A stretch of 64,000 nt of DNA from an uncultured Nitrospirales bacterium (GCA_964610095.1 CAZSUT010000001.1:626-64625); one strand, 5' to 3'; shown: positions 48,459 to 56,811, numbered from the stretch's first letter. Notes: a model not told the origin generated them from the letters alone. Program-made: numbers and translations.

Positions 48459-49100
48459 TCAGGTTCCTTTCTCTTCGACCTTCTTCTCGACCTTGGGGAA
48501 TTCAATCTTCGCGTGAAGCTTGACCTTTGCTACTGCATCTCGCAGTAATTGCTGTCGCTTTTCAATATGAGGCTCGGTCGCCATGAGATGCGTCCGGTAC
48601 GCGTCCAGCCATTCCAAAAACACCTCGAAGCGCTCATCGAACAGGGGCTCGAGGTCCTCGCGTAACCGCTTGGCCAACGCGGGCGACACGCCGCTCGTGC
48701 TGATCGCGATCCGGAGCGGTCCCCGTGCCACGAGAGCCGGCATGGTGAAGGTCGAACAGTCCGGCTGGTCGGTGGAGCAGAGCAGGAAGCCCTTCTGCTT
48801 GGCCAGATTGTAGAGATCGCGGCTCAGGATGTCGTCGGTTCGCACCGTGTTGATCACGAGCCAGATCCCTCCGTCCACATCGGAGGCCTTGAAGCGCCGG
48901 CCTCTATGGAGGACTCTCGCCGAGGCCGCAAGGACCTTGAGCTCATCGGACAGGTTGGGGCTGATGACCGTCACCCTGGCGCCGGCGTCCAGGAGTTTCT
49001 TGGTCTTCTCGGTCGCCTCACCGCCGCCGCCTACTACAATGCACGGCCGGTCCTTCACGTCAAGATTGATCTGAAAGCCGAATTTCATCGATTCCTCCAC
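48459..49100 (-). CDS. sirC: Precorrin-2 dehydrogenase / sirohydrochlorin ferrochelatase (SirC / CysG N-terminal type)
   Basis: 213 aa. CIVVGGGGEATEKTKKLLDAGARVTVISP Rossmann motif of the siroheme synthase N-domain. The start may instead be the M at 49088. Confidence 0.8.
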   Translation of the reverse strand: MEESMKFGFQINLDVKDRPCIVVGGGGEATEKTKKLLDAGARVTVISPNLSDELKVLAASARVLHRGRRFKASDVDGGIWLVINTVRTDDILSRDLYNLAKQKGFLLCSTDQPDCSTFTMPALVARGPLRIAISTSGVSPALAKRLREDLEPLFDERFEVFLEWLDAYRTHLMATEPHIEKRQQLLRDAVAKVKLHAKIEFPKVEKKVEEKGT

Positions 49101-49159
49101 CTGACACCATCAGTGAACGCGGGCGCATCTTACCGCACGGCAGGACGCAGGTAAATACG

Positions 49160-49188
49160 TTGTTCCCTCGGAAGACCTCAGTTATAAT
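49160..49188 (+). promoter_or_regulatory. Putative sigma70 promoter
   Basis: TTGTTC (49160-49165) - 17 nt - TATAAT (49183-49188), upstream of SD GGGAGGAGG and GTG 49216. Confidence 0.45.
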
Positions 49189-49215
49189 CTTGTCGCAACA
49201 ACATTGGGAGGAGGC

Positions 49216-49659
49216 GTGAACAAGAAGCCGTTCGTACCGCTTCTCTTCATCGGGATCATCCTGCTTGCCGGCGTGGCGGCCTGGCAGGGTCTCCTCCACG
49301 GCGGCAAGGCAGCCGCCAGTTCGATCGCGGGGGTCGTCACGATCGACCCAGCGCTGGCCTCCAAGGTGGCCCCCACCGACGTGCTCTTCGTGATCGTCAA
49401 AAGGCCGAGCGGGCCGCCGCGACCCCTCGCCGCCGTCCGGATCGACCACCCGAAGTTCCCCCAGCCCTTCGAGGTGACCAACGCCGACGTGATGCTCCAA
49501 GGCTCCGAGCTCAAAGGCGTGGTGTCCATCATCGCCCGGCTAGACAAGGACGGCAACGCCGGTCCGGCGCAACCCGGCGACATCGAGGGAGAGTACGCCA
49601 GGAACCCGACCATGGTGGGCGCCAAAAACGTCGAGATCGTCCTCAACGCGGTCAAGTAA
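49216..49659 (+). CDS. Hypothetical membrane-anchored periplasmic protein (faint resemblance to the CcmI C-terminal domain)
   Basis: GTG at 49216 follows a GGGAGGAGG SD. MNKKPFVPLLFIGIILLAGVAAW is the anchor. The pattern VLFVIVKRPSGPPRPLAAVRI...FEVTNADVM recalls the CcmI/CycH C-terminus. This is memory-based and weak. Confidence 0.5.
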   Translation: MNKKPFVPLLFIGIILLAGVAAWQGLLHGGKAAASSIAGVVTIDPALASKVAPTDVLFVIVKRPSGPPRPLAAVRIDHPKFPQPFEVTNADVMLQGSELKGVVSIIARLDKDGNAGPAQPGDIEGEYARNPTMVGAKNVEIVLNAVK

Positions 49660-49660
49660 C

Positions 49661-49693
49661 AAAAAAAGGGAGGACGCCGCTCGGCGTCCTCCC
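49661..49693 (-). terminator. Rho-independent terminator of the HNH gene
   Basis: 11-bp perfect stem GGGAGGACGCC/GGCGTCCTCCC with loop GCTC. On the minus strand it is followed by TTTTTTT. Confidence 0.8.
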
Positions 49694-49715
49694 CTGCGCA
49701 CAGAGCACAAGACCG

Positions 49716-50261
49716 CTACGGCTCGGGAATGTCCGAGTCCAGTTCCACGTTCCAGTATAGGTAGTCCCGCCAGCTCTGCGGCGTGTTCCGGACCCCGACC
49801 GTGATCGTCACCACCGGGTTCCACTTCGGCTTGAGCGGCTTCCGCATCAGTTGCATGCCCGCCTCCTCCGGCATCCGCCCGCTCTTCCGATTGTTGCACC
49901 CCCAGCAAGCCGTGACGATGTTCTCCCAGGTCTTTTTCCCGCCCTTGGCGATCGGAATCACATGATCGAAGGTGAGGTCCTCCGTTCGGAACTTCCGCCG
50001 GCAGTATTGGCAGCGGTTCCCGTCCCGGGTGAAGATATTGATCCGGGAGAACTTCACAGAGCGGTGGGCCTCGCGGATCTTGACCAACTTCAACAGCCGC
50101 ATGACCGCGGGCAACTTGAAGGAGATCGACACCCCGTGGATCTCACGGTCATAGACCTCCAGCACCTCGACCTTCCCCTGCCACAGCAGGGTAATGGCCT
50201 TCTGCCAATTCACCACGCGGAGTGGTTCGTAGGTGGCGTTCAAGAGTAGAGTCAGCTCCAT
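49716..50261 (-). CDS. HNH endonuclease (start re-called)
   Basis: 181 aa. CQYCRR...DHVIPIAKGG...CWGCNNRK HNH motif. ATG at 50261 is preceded by AAGGGGG. The ORF-track start is 50408. Confidence 0.85.
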   Translation of the reverse strand: MELTLLLNATYEPLRVVNWQKAITLLWQGKVEVLEVYDREIHGVSISFKLPAVMRLLKLVKIREAHRSVKFSRINIFTRDGNRCQYCRRKFRTEDLTFDHVIPIAKGGKKTWENIVTACWGCNNRKSGRMPEEAGMQLMRKPLKPKWNPVVTITVGVRNTPQSWRDYLYWNVELDSDIPEP

Positions 50262-50451
50262 AGACCCCCTTTCACCAATGACGACATCCGACCAATTCCG
50301 CCCCCGTGCGTAAGGGGCGGCCGCTATGATGCAGGTTCGTATAGCATAGTTGGTAGGAGAAAATCCAGCCTCTTCCCGCGGTTGCGAGGGTCCAGCAAGC
50401 CGGGGCACACCCCGCCTTGAAGTTGCGTCTGCTGCCGATTACAATTCTGCC

Positions 50452-50763
50452 ATGCCGAACTTCATTCAGGTCGCGGACCTCAAAGACATCCCTCCCGGCA
50501 CGGCCAAGGTCGTCGCGGTGCAGAATGTGGAGGTGGCGCTGTTCAACCTCGAGGGATCGATCTACGCCCTCGACAACATGTGCCAACACGCCGGAGGGCC
50601 CTTGGGCGAGGGCAAGATCACGGGCGACATCGTGATCTGTCCATGGCACGGGTACCGCTATCACATCAAGACCGGCCAGTACGTCAAAAACCCGGAGATG
50701 CGCGTCGCCTGCTACCCGTTGAAGGTCGAAGACGGCAAGATCTCGGTCGCGGTCGCGCCATGA
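50452..50763 (+). CDS. Small Rieske [2Fe-2S] ferredoxin (NirD-like)
   Basis: 103 aa. CQHAGGPL...CPWHGYRY (CxH...CxxH). Confidence 0.85.
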   Translation: MPNFIQVADLKDIPPGTAKVVAVQNVEVALFNLEGSIYALDNMCQHAGGPLGEGKITGDIVICPWHGYRYHIKTGQYVKNPEMRVACYPLKVEDGKISVAVAP

Positions 50764-51281
50764 GCCGTCTTCTCCTCATCGTTCTCACCATGGCATGGCT
50801 GGCATGGTCTGCGTCGTCCCAGTCTGACGCCTTGCCCGGCAAAGAGGTTCCTGATCTCGGGAACGCCCACCTTCAGCGCCCGGGCGACCCGCATGCCCCT
50901 TACAACAGCGCCCCGCCCACGTCGGGACCACACATGCCGGGCATCGCCCCGTGGGGCTTCTACGACAAGCCCATTCCCACGGAATACCAAGTCCACAACC
51001 TGGAGGACGGCGGCGTGCTCATCCAGTACAACTGCCCGCAGGGATGTTCGGATCTGCTCAAAAAGCTTGAGGGTGTCTTTTTCAAATACAAGAAACGAGC
51101 GGAAAAAGAGAAGCGCTACATGCACCTGATCGTTGCGCCATACCCCGACATGAACGCCCGGATCGCCCTCACGGCCTGGACACGGATCGACACCTTCATC
51201 GAGTTCGACGAGGCACGCATCGACCGCTTCATCGAAGCCTACGTCGGGATCGATCACCACAAAAAAGAAGGCGGCAAGTGA
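50760..51281 (+). CDS. Secreted DUF3105-like protein
   Basis: 173 aa. Signal peptide MSRLLLIVLTMAWLAWSASS. TSGPH...VHNLEDGGVLIQY...LTAW pattern as I recall for DUF3105. ATGA overlap with the Rieske stop. Confidence 0.6.
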   Translation: MSRLLLIVLTMAWLAWSASSQSDALPGKEVPDLGNAHLQRPGDPHAPYNSAPPTSGPHMPGIAPWGFYDKPIPTEYQVHNLEDGGVLIQYNCPQGCSDLLKKLEGVFFKYKKRAEKEKRYMHLIVAPYPDMNARIALTAWTRIDTFIEFDEARIDRFIEAYVGIDHHKKEGGK

Positions 51282-51704
51282 CTAAGGCATGACCTCCACT
51301 GCCGGCCTCGAAAGCGGGATCACGGTCTGGGGAGACAGCCGCACACGCCACAGATAGTCCCACTCAACCCAGCGGTGCTTCTCGTCACCGGGCAGCCGCA
51401 CCACGACCCGCACCAGATACTCGTTCCGCTCGTCCGCCCGCACCGACCAGTCCCCGACCACGGGTGTCCGGTCGCCCTTCCGGTTGGCCTTCACGATGGC
51501 GTCAATGGCCTGACGGATCGTCGGGGCCTCGCGGGCCGGATGGGTCTGTGCCAGCGCGAGCGCCTGGGCAGCGCGAGGATCGGCCATCGGGTCCAGCGGC
51601 TTCCATACCAAGTAAGCCGCGACGCCGACGAGAAGGAGCACGGCCGCCCCCCACTCGAGCCAGACGATGGCGCGGGCGCGAGGCTGCGCATCGCGTTCAT
51701 CCAT
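51282..51704 (-). CDS. Hypothetical membrane-anchored protein
   Basis: ATG at 51704 is preceded by a GGAGG SD. One TM helix (WLEWGAAVLLLVGVAAYLVW). No known domain. Confidence 0.5.
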   Translation of the reverse strand: MDERDAQPRARAIVWLEWGAAVLLLVGVAAYLVWKPLDPMADPRAAQALALAQTHPAREAPTIRQAIDAIVKANRKGDRTPVVGDWSVRADERNEYLVRVVVRLPGDEKHRWVEWDYLWRVRLSPQTVIPLSRPAVEVMP

Positions 51705-51759
51705 GTGCGGCCTCCGCTGACTTGACAACCCGAAAGACCATTCTGTACAAGTAGCACCG

Positions 51760-52221
51760 GTGAAATACTTTATCTACAGCGAAACTCTGCACCCGAACCA
51801 ATTGAAAGAGCGCGCGCCGGAAGCCACCTTCCTCTTCCGCGCGTACCTGCCCGCTCATACCCTGACCTTTCCACGCTGGTCGTCGCAGTGGCGGTGCGGG
51901 CTGGCCAGCATCACCCCGTCTGTCGGCGACCGGGTCTGGGGGGTGGTCTTCGAAATCACGCCGGAAGACCTCAAGATCATCGACCAGTACGGCGGCGAGG
52001 TGCCGCCGGGCGGCTTCCGCCATTGCACCATCAACGTCTACCCGGAGCACGAGACCGAGCAAGTCCCCCAGAAAGAGATGGCCACGACCCACGTGGCCAA
52101 GCCGGCCGGTAAGTTCAAGCCTCAGGACCATTATATCGACTTCGTCATCGCTGGGATCAAACACTGGAAACTCCCCCAGGAATGCATTGACTGGTGGGAG
52201 GACCAGCGACCACGACGCTAG
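51760..52221 (+). CDS. Gamma-glutamylcyclotransferase (AIG2/GGCT-like) family protein
   Basis: 153 aa. MKYFIYSETLHPNQL...VWGVVFEI pattern. GTG start. Confidence 0.6.
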   Translation: MKYFIYSETLHPNQLKERAPEATFLFRAYLPAHTLTFPRWSSQWRCGLASITPSVGDRVWGVVFEITPEDLKIIDQYGGEVPPGGFRHCTINVYPEHETEQVPQKEMATTHVAKPAGKFKPQDHYIDFVIAGIKHWKLPQECIDWWEDQRPRR

Positions 52222-52248
52222 GAACGAATCCCGCAAAGGAGCGTCATC

Positions 52249-52575
52249 ATGCCGAAGCCCAAGTACCACATCCTCGTGTGCAAAAATACCCGTCCCCCCG
52301 GCCATCCCAAGGGTTCCTGCGGAGAGAAAGGCGCCATGGGCGTCCTCAACCAGTTCAACTTTGGGGTGATGGAGCGCAATCTGCTCGGCCAGGTCATCGT
52401 GACCCCAACGGATTGCCTGGGTCCCTGCCAGTTGGGGCCCACCGTGGTCGTCTATCCAGACGGCGTCTGGTACAAGAGCGTGACCGAAGCTGATGTTGCC
52501 GCCATCCTCGACGAGCATATCGGCAAGGGCAAGCCGGTCGATCGCCTCAAATTGCCGGATGAGGTCTGGGGGTAG
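52249..52575 (+). CDS. Thioredoxin-like [2Fe-2S] ferredoxin
   Basis: 108 aa. HILVCKN...GSCGEKG...DCLGPCQLGPTVVVYPDGVWY. Confidence 0.8.
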   Translation: MPKPKYHILVCKNTRPPGHPKGSCGEKGAMGVLNQFNFGVMERNLLGQVIVTPTDCLGPCQLGPTVVVYPDGVWYKSVTEADVAAILDEHIGKGKPVDRLKLPDEVWG

Positions 52576-52583
52576 CCCGCCCG

Positions 52584-53111
52584 ATGCCGGTGGCGCACCG
52601 CGAGAAAGCGTCTCACCAGCAGCACAAGGCGGCCGCGCCGAGGTCTGTCTCCTGCATGGTGATCACCTGCAGCGACACCCGGACACCCGAGACCGACACC
52701 AGCGGCGCGCTGATCATGAACGCCTTGAAGGAACGCGGCCACTCGATCGCGTCCTACCACCTCGTCAAGGACGAGCCGTCGGTCATTAGGAAGCTGATCA
52801 AGCAGGGTGCGAAGGACCGCCACGTCCAGGCGATCATCGTGAACGGCGGAACGGGAATCTCGCGGCGGGACTCCACCTTCGAAGCGATCGACGGCCTCTT
52901 GGAAAAACGGTTGGACGGATTCGGCGAGATCTTCCGCTATCTCAGCTACCAGGACATCGGGTCCGCGGCGATCATGAGCCGCGCCACGGCCGGCCTATAC
53001 AAGGGCACGGTTGTGATCTCGATCCCCGGTTCGGAAAAAGCCGCCCTCTTGGCGATGGACAAACTCATCCTCAACGAGCTGGGCCATATGGTCCACGAAA
53101 TGACAAAGTAG
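52584..53111 (+). CDS. moaB: Molybdenum cofactor biosynthesis protein B (MoaB/Mog family)
   Basis: 175 aa. IIVNGGTGISRRDST...PGSEKA. Confidence 0.85.
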   Translation: MPVAHREKASHQQHKAAAPRSVSCMVITCSDTRTPETDTSGALIMNALKERGHSIASYHLVKDEPSVIRKLIKQGAKDRHVQAIIVNGGTGISRRDSTFEAIDGLLEKRLDGFGEIFRYLSYQDIGSAAIMSRATAGLYKGTVVISIPGSEKAALLAMDKLILNELGHMVHEMTK

Positions 53112-53126
53112 CCGGCGAGGACTCCC

Positions 53127-53528
53127 TTAGTCCTGAGTGATCCTCGGTTCCGAGACCCGCTTAAAGTACACCAGCAGATCCCGCACCGATAGCAACCCCA
53201 CGATCTTCCCGGCATCGGTCACGGCCAAGTGGCGCACGCCGAGATCCGCCATCATGTCATGGGCGTCCTGCGGCGTCCGATGGATGTCGATCGCGGCGAC
53301 CGGCGCCGACATGATGGCCTCCACCTTCTCCTTGCCAAGGTCGGCTCCCTTCGCCACGGCCTTGCGGACGATGTCGGTCTCCGTCACGATTCCCACGATC
53401 TGCCCGCCCCGCTCCACCAGCAACGACCCCACCTTCTCCGCCTGCATCCGGCGCGCCGCCTCTTGCACGGACACACTGTGAAGAATCGTCTTGAGGTTTT
53501 TGGTCATCGCTTCGCGGAGCGTTTGCAT
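53127..53528 (-). CDS. Standalone CBS-pair domain protein
   Basis: 133 aa. Two CBS repeats. Paralogous to 28564-28956 (shared IMSAPV...VRHL.V...GK.VG.LSVRDL). Confidence 0.8.
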   Translation of the reverse strand: MQTLREAMTKNLKTILHSVSVQEAARRMQAEKVGSLLVERGGQIVGIVTETDIVRKAVAKGADLGKEKVEAIMSAPVAAIDIHRTPQDAHDMMADLGVRHLAVTDAGKIVGLLSVRDLLVYFKRVSEPRITQD

Positions 53529-53581
53529 GGAGTACCTCCTAGGAGAACCGGATTTAGTTCTATTCTAGCACGGTATGCGGG

Positions 53582-54610
53582 TTACGGGATCAGGACGATC
53601 TTCCCGAAGAGCTTGCGCTCGAGCATCCGTTCGTGGGCCGCGCGGACGTCCTGGAGAGGCAGCACCGAATCGATCACGGCCCGGATTCGCCCCTCGCCCA
53701 TCCACTTGGCTGCGGCCAGCAGCTCGTCCCGCGTGCCCATGAACGAGCCCATGACGGTGGTCTGCCGCATGTAGAGGTAGCGCAGGTCGACCCGCACTTC
53801 CGGTCCCGACGTGGCTCCGCAGGTGACGAGCCGGCCGCCCTTGGCCAGCGAGCGGAGGCTTTGTTCCCACGTGGCCGGCCCGATGTGCTCGATGACCACG
53901 CCCACGCCTCGCCCGTCCGTCTCGCGCTTGACGCCGTCCGCGATCACGTCCCGCGTGTGGTTCAGCACGACATCCGCGCCCAGCCCCTTGGCCTTCTCGA
54001 CCTTGTCGTCCGAGCCCACCGTCGTGATCACCCGCGCGCCGGCGGCCTTTGCCATCTGCACCGCCATGCTGCCCACGCCGCTGCTGGCCCCCAGCACCAG
54101 CACATCCTCCGCCGGCTGCAGCCGGGCAAGACCGAACAGCATGTGCCAAGCGGTGACTGCCGTCAGGGGGAACGCCGCGGCCTGCTCAAACGAGAGCGAA
54201 CCGGGGATTGGAATCACATTGAGGGCTGGCACCTTCACAAACTCCGCCAGCCCGCCGTCCACCTGGGCGCCGAGGATGCGGTACGAGATGCAGAGGTTGT
54301 CCTGCCCGCCCAGGCAGAACTCGCACCGCCAGCACGAGAGCCCCGGCGCGATGTACACGCGGTCGCCCGGCTTCAGGCCCGTCCCCTCGCCCCCGACCCG
54401 CTCCACCACACCGGCGACATCGCACCCGCCGATATGGGGCAGCGGGACCTGAAAGGCCGGGATGCCTTGGCGGATCCAGATATCGAGATGGTTCAGCGCG
54501 CAGGCTTTGACCCGGACCAGGATCTCGCTCGGGTCGGGCTTGGGCTCCGGAGCGTCTTCATACCGGAGCACCTCCGGCCCGCCGTGCTGGTGAAAGCGCG
54601 CCGCTTTCAT
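53582..54610 (-). CDS. Zinc-type alcohol dehydrogenase / quinone oxidoreductase (MDR superfamily)
   Basis: 342 aa. GGCDVAGVV and LVLGASSGVGS. Confidence 0.85.
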   Translation of the reverse strand: MKAARFHQHGGPEVLRYEDAPEPKPDPSEILVRVKACALNHLDIWIRQGIPAFQVPLPHIGGCDVAGVVERVGGEGTGLKPGDRVYIAPGLSCWRCEFCLGGQDNLCISYRILGAQVDGGLAEFVKVPALNVIPIPGSLSFEQAAAFPLTAVTAWHMLFGLARLQPAEDVLVLGASSGVGSMAVQMAKAAGARVITTVGSDDKVEKAKGLGADVVLNHTRDVIADGVKRETDGRGVGVVIEHIGPATWEQSLRSLAKGGRLVTCGATSGPEVRVDLRYLYMRQTTVMGSFMGTRDELLAAAKWMGEGRIRAVIDSVLPLQDVRAAHERMLERKLFGKIVLIP

Positions 54611-54614
54611 CCGT

Positions 54615-55544
54615 TCAGAACGTCACGGACCCTTCGATCACCATGACGGCGCGCCCGCCCACGGTGACGTACTGGATCTCATCGTCATCTGAGTGGACAT
54701 GCACGGTCAGGCGGGACGGGCGGTCGATCTCATAGCCCTGCTCGCAGATGATCTCAGTCGTCGGACCGACGTCCACCACCCCGTGCTTGACGAGGTACGC
54801 GCCGAGCGCGCCGCTCGCAGATCCCGTGGCCGGATCCTCGAGCACTCCGACCGGCGAGGCGAACATCCGGGTGTGCACCGTGGACTGTTCCTCCACCGTG
54901 ACCGTCGTGAACAGCATGAGGCCCTGGGCTTTGTGCTGCTCACAGACGCCGTTGAGCAGCCCGATGTTAGGGCTGGCCTTGGACACCGCCGTCAGGGTGC
55001 GGACCGGCACGATCATCACCGGAAACCCCGTGGAGACGACTTCCACCGGCAGGCCGGTGCCCGTGATCTGGGTCTTGGGCACCGAGATGGCCTTGGCGAC
55101 TTCGAAGAGGTCCCGCAACGGCTCCACCATCCCAATGAATTCCGGCTTGGGCTGGTTCATCATGATCTGCCGGACATGCCCGTCCCGCACCGTCAACTCG
55201 AGGGGGAACACGCCGACGCTGGTCTCCTGATGGATGCGGGTGACCGGCTCCTGCAGCCGTAGGACGCCGAGATGCGCCAGCACGTAGAAGGCACCGATGA
55301 CCGGATGGCCTGCGAACGGAATCTCCCGCGCAGGGGTGAAGAACCGGAGCCGGTATTCGGCGGAGGGATCGGTCGGCGGGAGCACGAAGACGGTTTCGGA
55401 GAGGTTCATCTCCCGGGCGATCTTCTGCATCTCCCAGGCGTCCAAGTTGCCCGCGTCCGGAACCACGGCCACTGGATTGCCCCCGAACACGGTGTCGGTG
55501 AACACATCCGCCTGGTAGAACTTGACGGTGCGCCGTTCGGACAT
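54615..55544 (-). CDS. PhzF-family isomerase
   Basis: 309 aa. FYQADVFTDTVFGGNPVAVV...NLSETVFV. Confidence 0.85.
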   Translation of the reverse strand: MSERRTVKFYQADVFTDTVFGGNPVAVVPDAGNLDAWEMQKIAREMNLSETVFVLPPTDPSAEYRLRFFTPAREIPFAGHPVIGAFYVLAHLGVLRLQEPVTRIHQETSVGVFPLELTVRDGHVRQIMMNQPKPEFIGMVEPLRDLFEVAKAISVPKTQITGTGLPVEVVSTGFPVMIVPVRTLTAVSKASPNIGLLNGVCEQHKAQGLMLFTTVTVEEQSTVHTRMFASPVGVLEDPATGSASGALGAYLVKHGVVDVGPTTEIICEQGYEIDRPSRLTVHVHSDDDEIQYVTVGGRAVMVIEGSVTF

Positions 55545-55587
55545 CCGCCACCCCCGAGGCGGCTTACTCTATGGGATACCCCCCTAA

Positions 55588-55618
55588 TTGTCAACGCGAC
55601 CAGAGGGTATGCTAGAAT
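55588..55618 (+). promoter_or_regulatory. Putative promoter with extended -10 (TGcTAGAAT)
   Basis: TTGTCA (55588-55593) - 19 nt - TAGAAT (55613-55618), preceded by TGc. It overlaps the first candidate ATG (55617) of the downstream small ORF. Confidence 0.35.
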
Positions 55619-55871
55619 GCGCCGCATCATCATAATGAAGCCACCGCTGCCGAAAGACGTGACGTTCGACCAGATCAATCGGATCCTGGAGGTCACGGAC
55701 GCGTTCGCGCTGGACCGCGAGTGGATCGAGATTCCCTTGAGCGCCGCGAGCCCCGGCAAGATCCACAAACTCCCCAACGGCAAGATCGAGATCGTCGTGG
55801 ACGCCGATGTGCCCTTTGATGAATGGCTCACCGCAGCCAGGCTGCAACTTCGACAGGTCGCCGGGTGTTAA
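55617..55871 (+). CDS. Small hypothetical protein (78-84 aa)
   Basis: In-frame part of ORF 55272..55871 lying outside PhzF. Candidate starts are ATG 55617 and ATG 55635 (MKPPLPKDV...). The stop TAA is immediately followed by the ATG of the next gene. Confidence 0.5.
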   Translation: MRRIIIMKPPLPKDVTFDQINRILEVTDAFALDREWIEIPLSAASPGKIHKLPNGKIEIVVDADVPFDEWLTAARLQLRQVAGC

Positions 55872-56684
55872 ATGGATGACGGAACGGTCGAGCTTGGTGC
55901 TGCGCACACGCCGTCGGACGGCTCATCCGTCGCGTCGCCGCAAGGCGATCCGCCTCTGCCGACGGACGCAGCGCCCGCACCGGCGAAAGACGAGTCCATT
56001 GCGGAGACTGCCCAGGTCATCGCGAAGGCGGTCCGGTACGTCAAGGCGAAACGCGGGGGGGACTTGGCCGCCATCGTCCTGGCTGGCTCGGCCGCACGGG
56101 ACGCCATGACGAGCCACAGCGATGTGGACCTGCTGGTCCTGGTCCTGGGCTCGGACAACAGTCACGAGTTGGTCCGGATACTCTCCCGCATCGTCGAGAT
56201 CCGCTATCTCGGCGTGTCCGAGTCCGAGGAGCAGGTCAACACGTCGCCGCGCCTGCCTATCATCCTGCGCAAGGCCCGCGTCCTCTACGAACTTGAAGCA
56301 GCCGGATCGCAATTACTACAGAAAGCCTATGCACGCTTCCGGCAGGGACCACCCTCTTTGACAATTCACGAGAAGATCCGGCTCCGCGCGACCGTCCTCC
56401 ACTGGCTGGGCAAGGCGGAAGACCAACAGGCCGACATGGCGATCGCCAGGCATCTCCTCTCGATCTTTCTCGATGAAGCCATGAGCGCCTTCTACCAACT
56501 GCGCGGGTTCTGGCCGGCCTCACCCGTCGAGCACCTCCGCTTCATCAGCCAGCGCGACCATGCCATGGGGGACCTCCTGCACCAGGCCTTCACGGCCACC
56601 GACCTCTTCGATCAACTGGCGACGGCCCGGCGTATCGCCGACCACCTGTTCAAGGACATCCCCGCCCCGGCGCGAATCGACTGA
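55872..56684 (+). CDS. Nucleotidyltransferase-domain protein with C-terminal helical (possibly HEPN/KNTase_C-like) domain
   Basis: 270 aa. LAGSAARDAMTSHSDVDLLVLV (GS...DxD Pol-beta NTase motif). The C-terminal region contains RATVLH (Rx4H). Confidence 0.7.
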   Translation: MDDGTVELGAAHTPSDGSSVASPQGDPPLPTDAAPAPAKDESIAETAQVIAKAVRYVKAKRGGDLAAIVLAGSAARDAMTSHSDVDLLVLVLGSDNSHELVRILSRIVEIRYLGVSESEEQVNTSPRLPIILRKARVLYELEAAGSQLLQKAYARFRQGPPSLTIHEKIRLRATVLHWLGKAEDQQADMAIARHLLSIFLDEAMSAFYQLRGFWPASPVEHLRFISQRDHAMGDLLHQAFTATDLFDQLATARRIADHLFKDIPAPARID

Positions 56685-56702
56685 TCCACTGCCGCCCAGC
56701 TT

Positions 56703-56809
56703 GTCACCCTGAACCCTTCGCTTGTCATCCTGAGCGGAGCGAAGGATCTCGGTTGCTCGCTCAGAGTAAACTCCGTGAGGGCAGGATTCTTCACTTCGCT
56801 CAGAATGAC
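56703..56809. repeat. REP/MITE-like intergenic inverted-repeat element
   Basis: Arms GTCATCCTGAGCGGAGCGAAGGA (56724-56746) and the reverse complement of 56788-56809 (GTCATTCTGAGCGAAGTGAAGA). An additional half-site GTCACCCTGAAC lies at 56703. The element sits between convergent genes. Confidence 0.7.
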
Positions 56810-56811
56810 AG

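Noticed and set aside
53633-54646. 337-aa plus-strand ORF opposite the MDR dehydrogenase; similar cases at 20497..21402, 40866..41801, 42954..43928, 43974..44921, 51697..52518 and 60230..61327
   Set aside because: Each lies opposite a confidently identified gene and translates to Arg/Pro/Gly/His-rich sequence with no recognisable domain.
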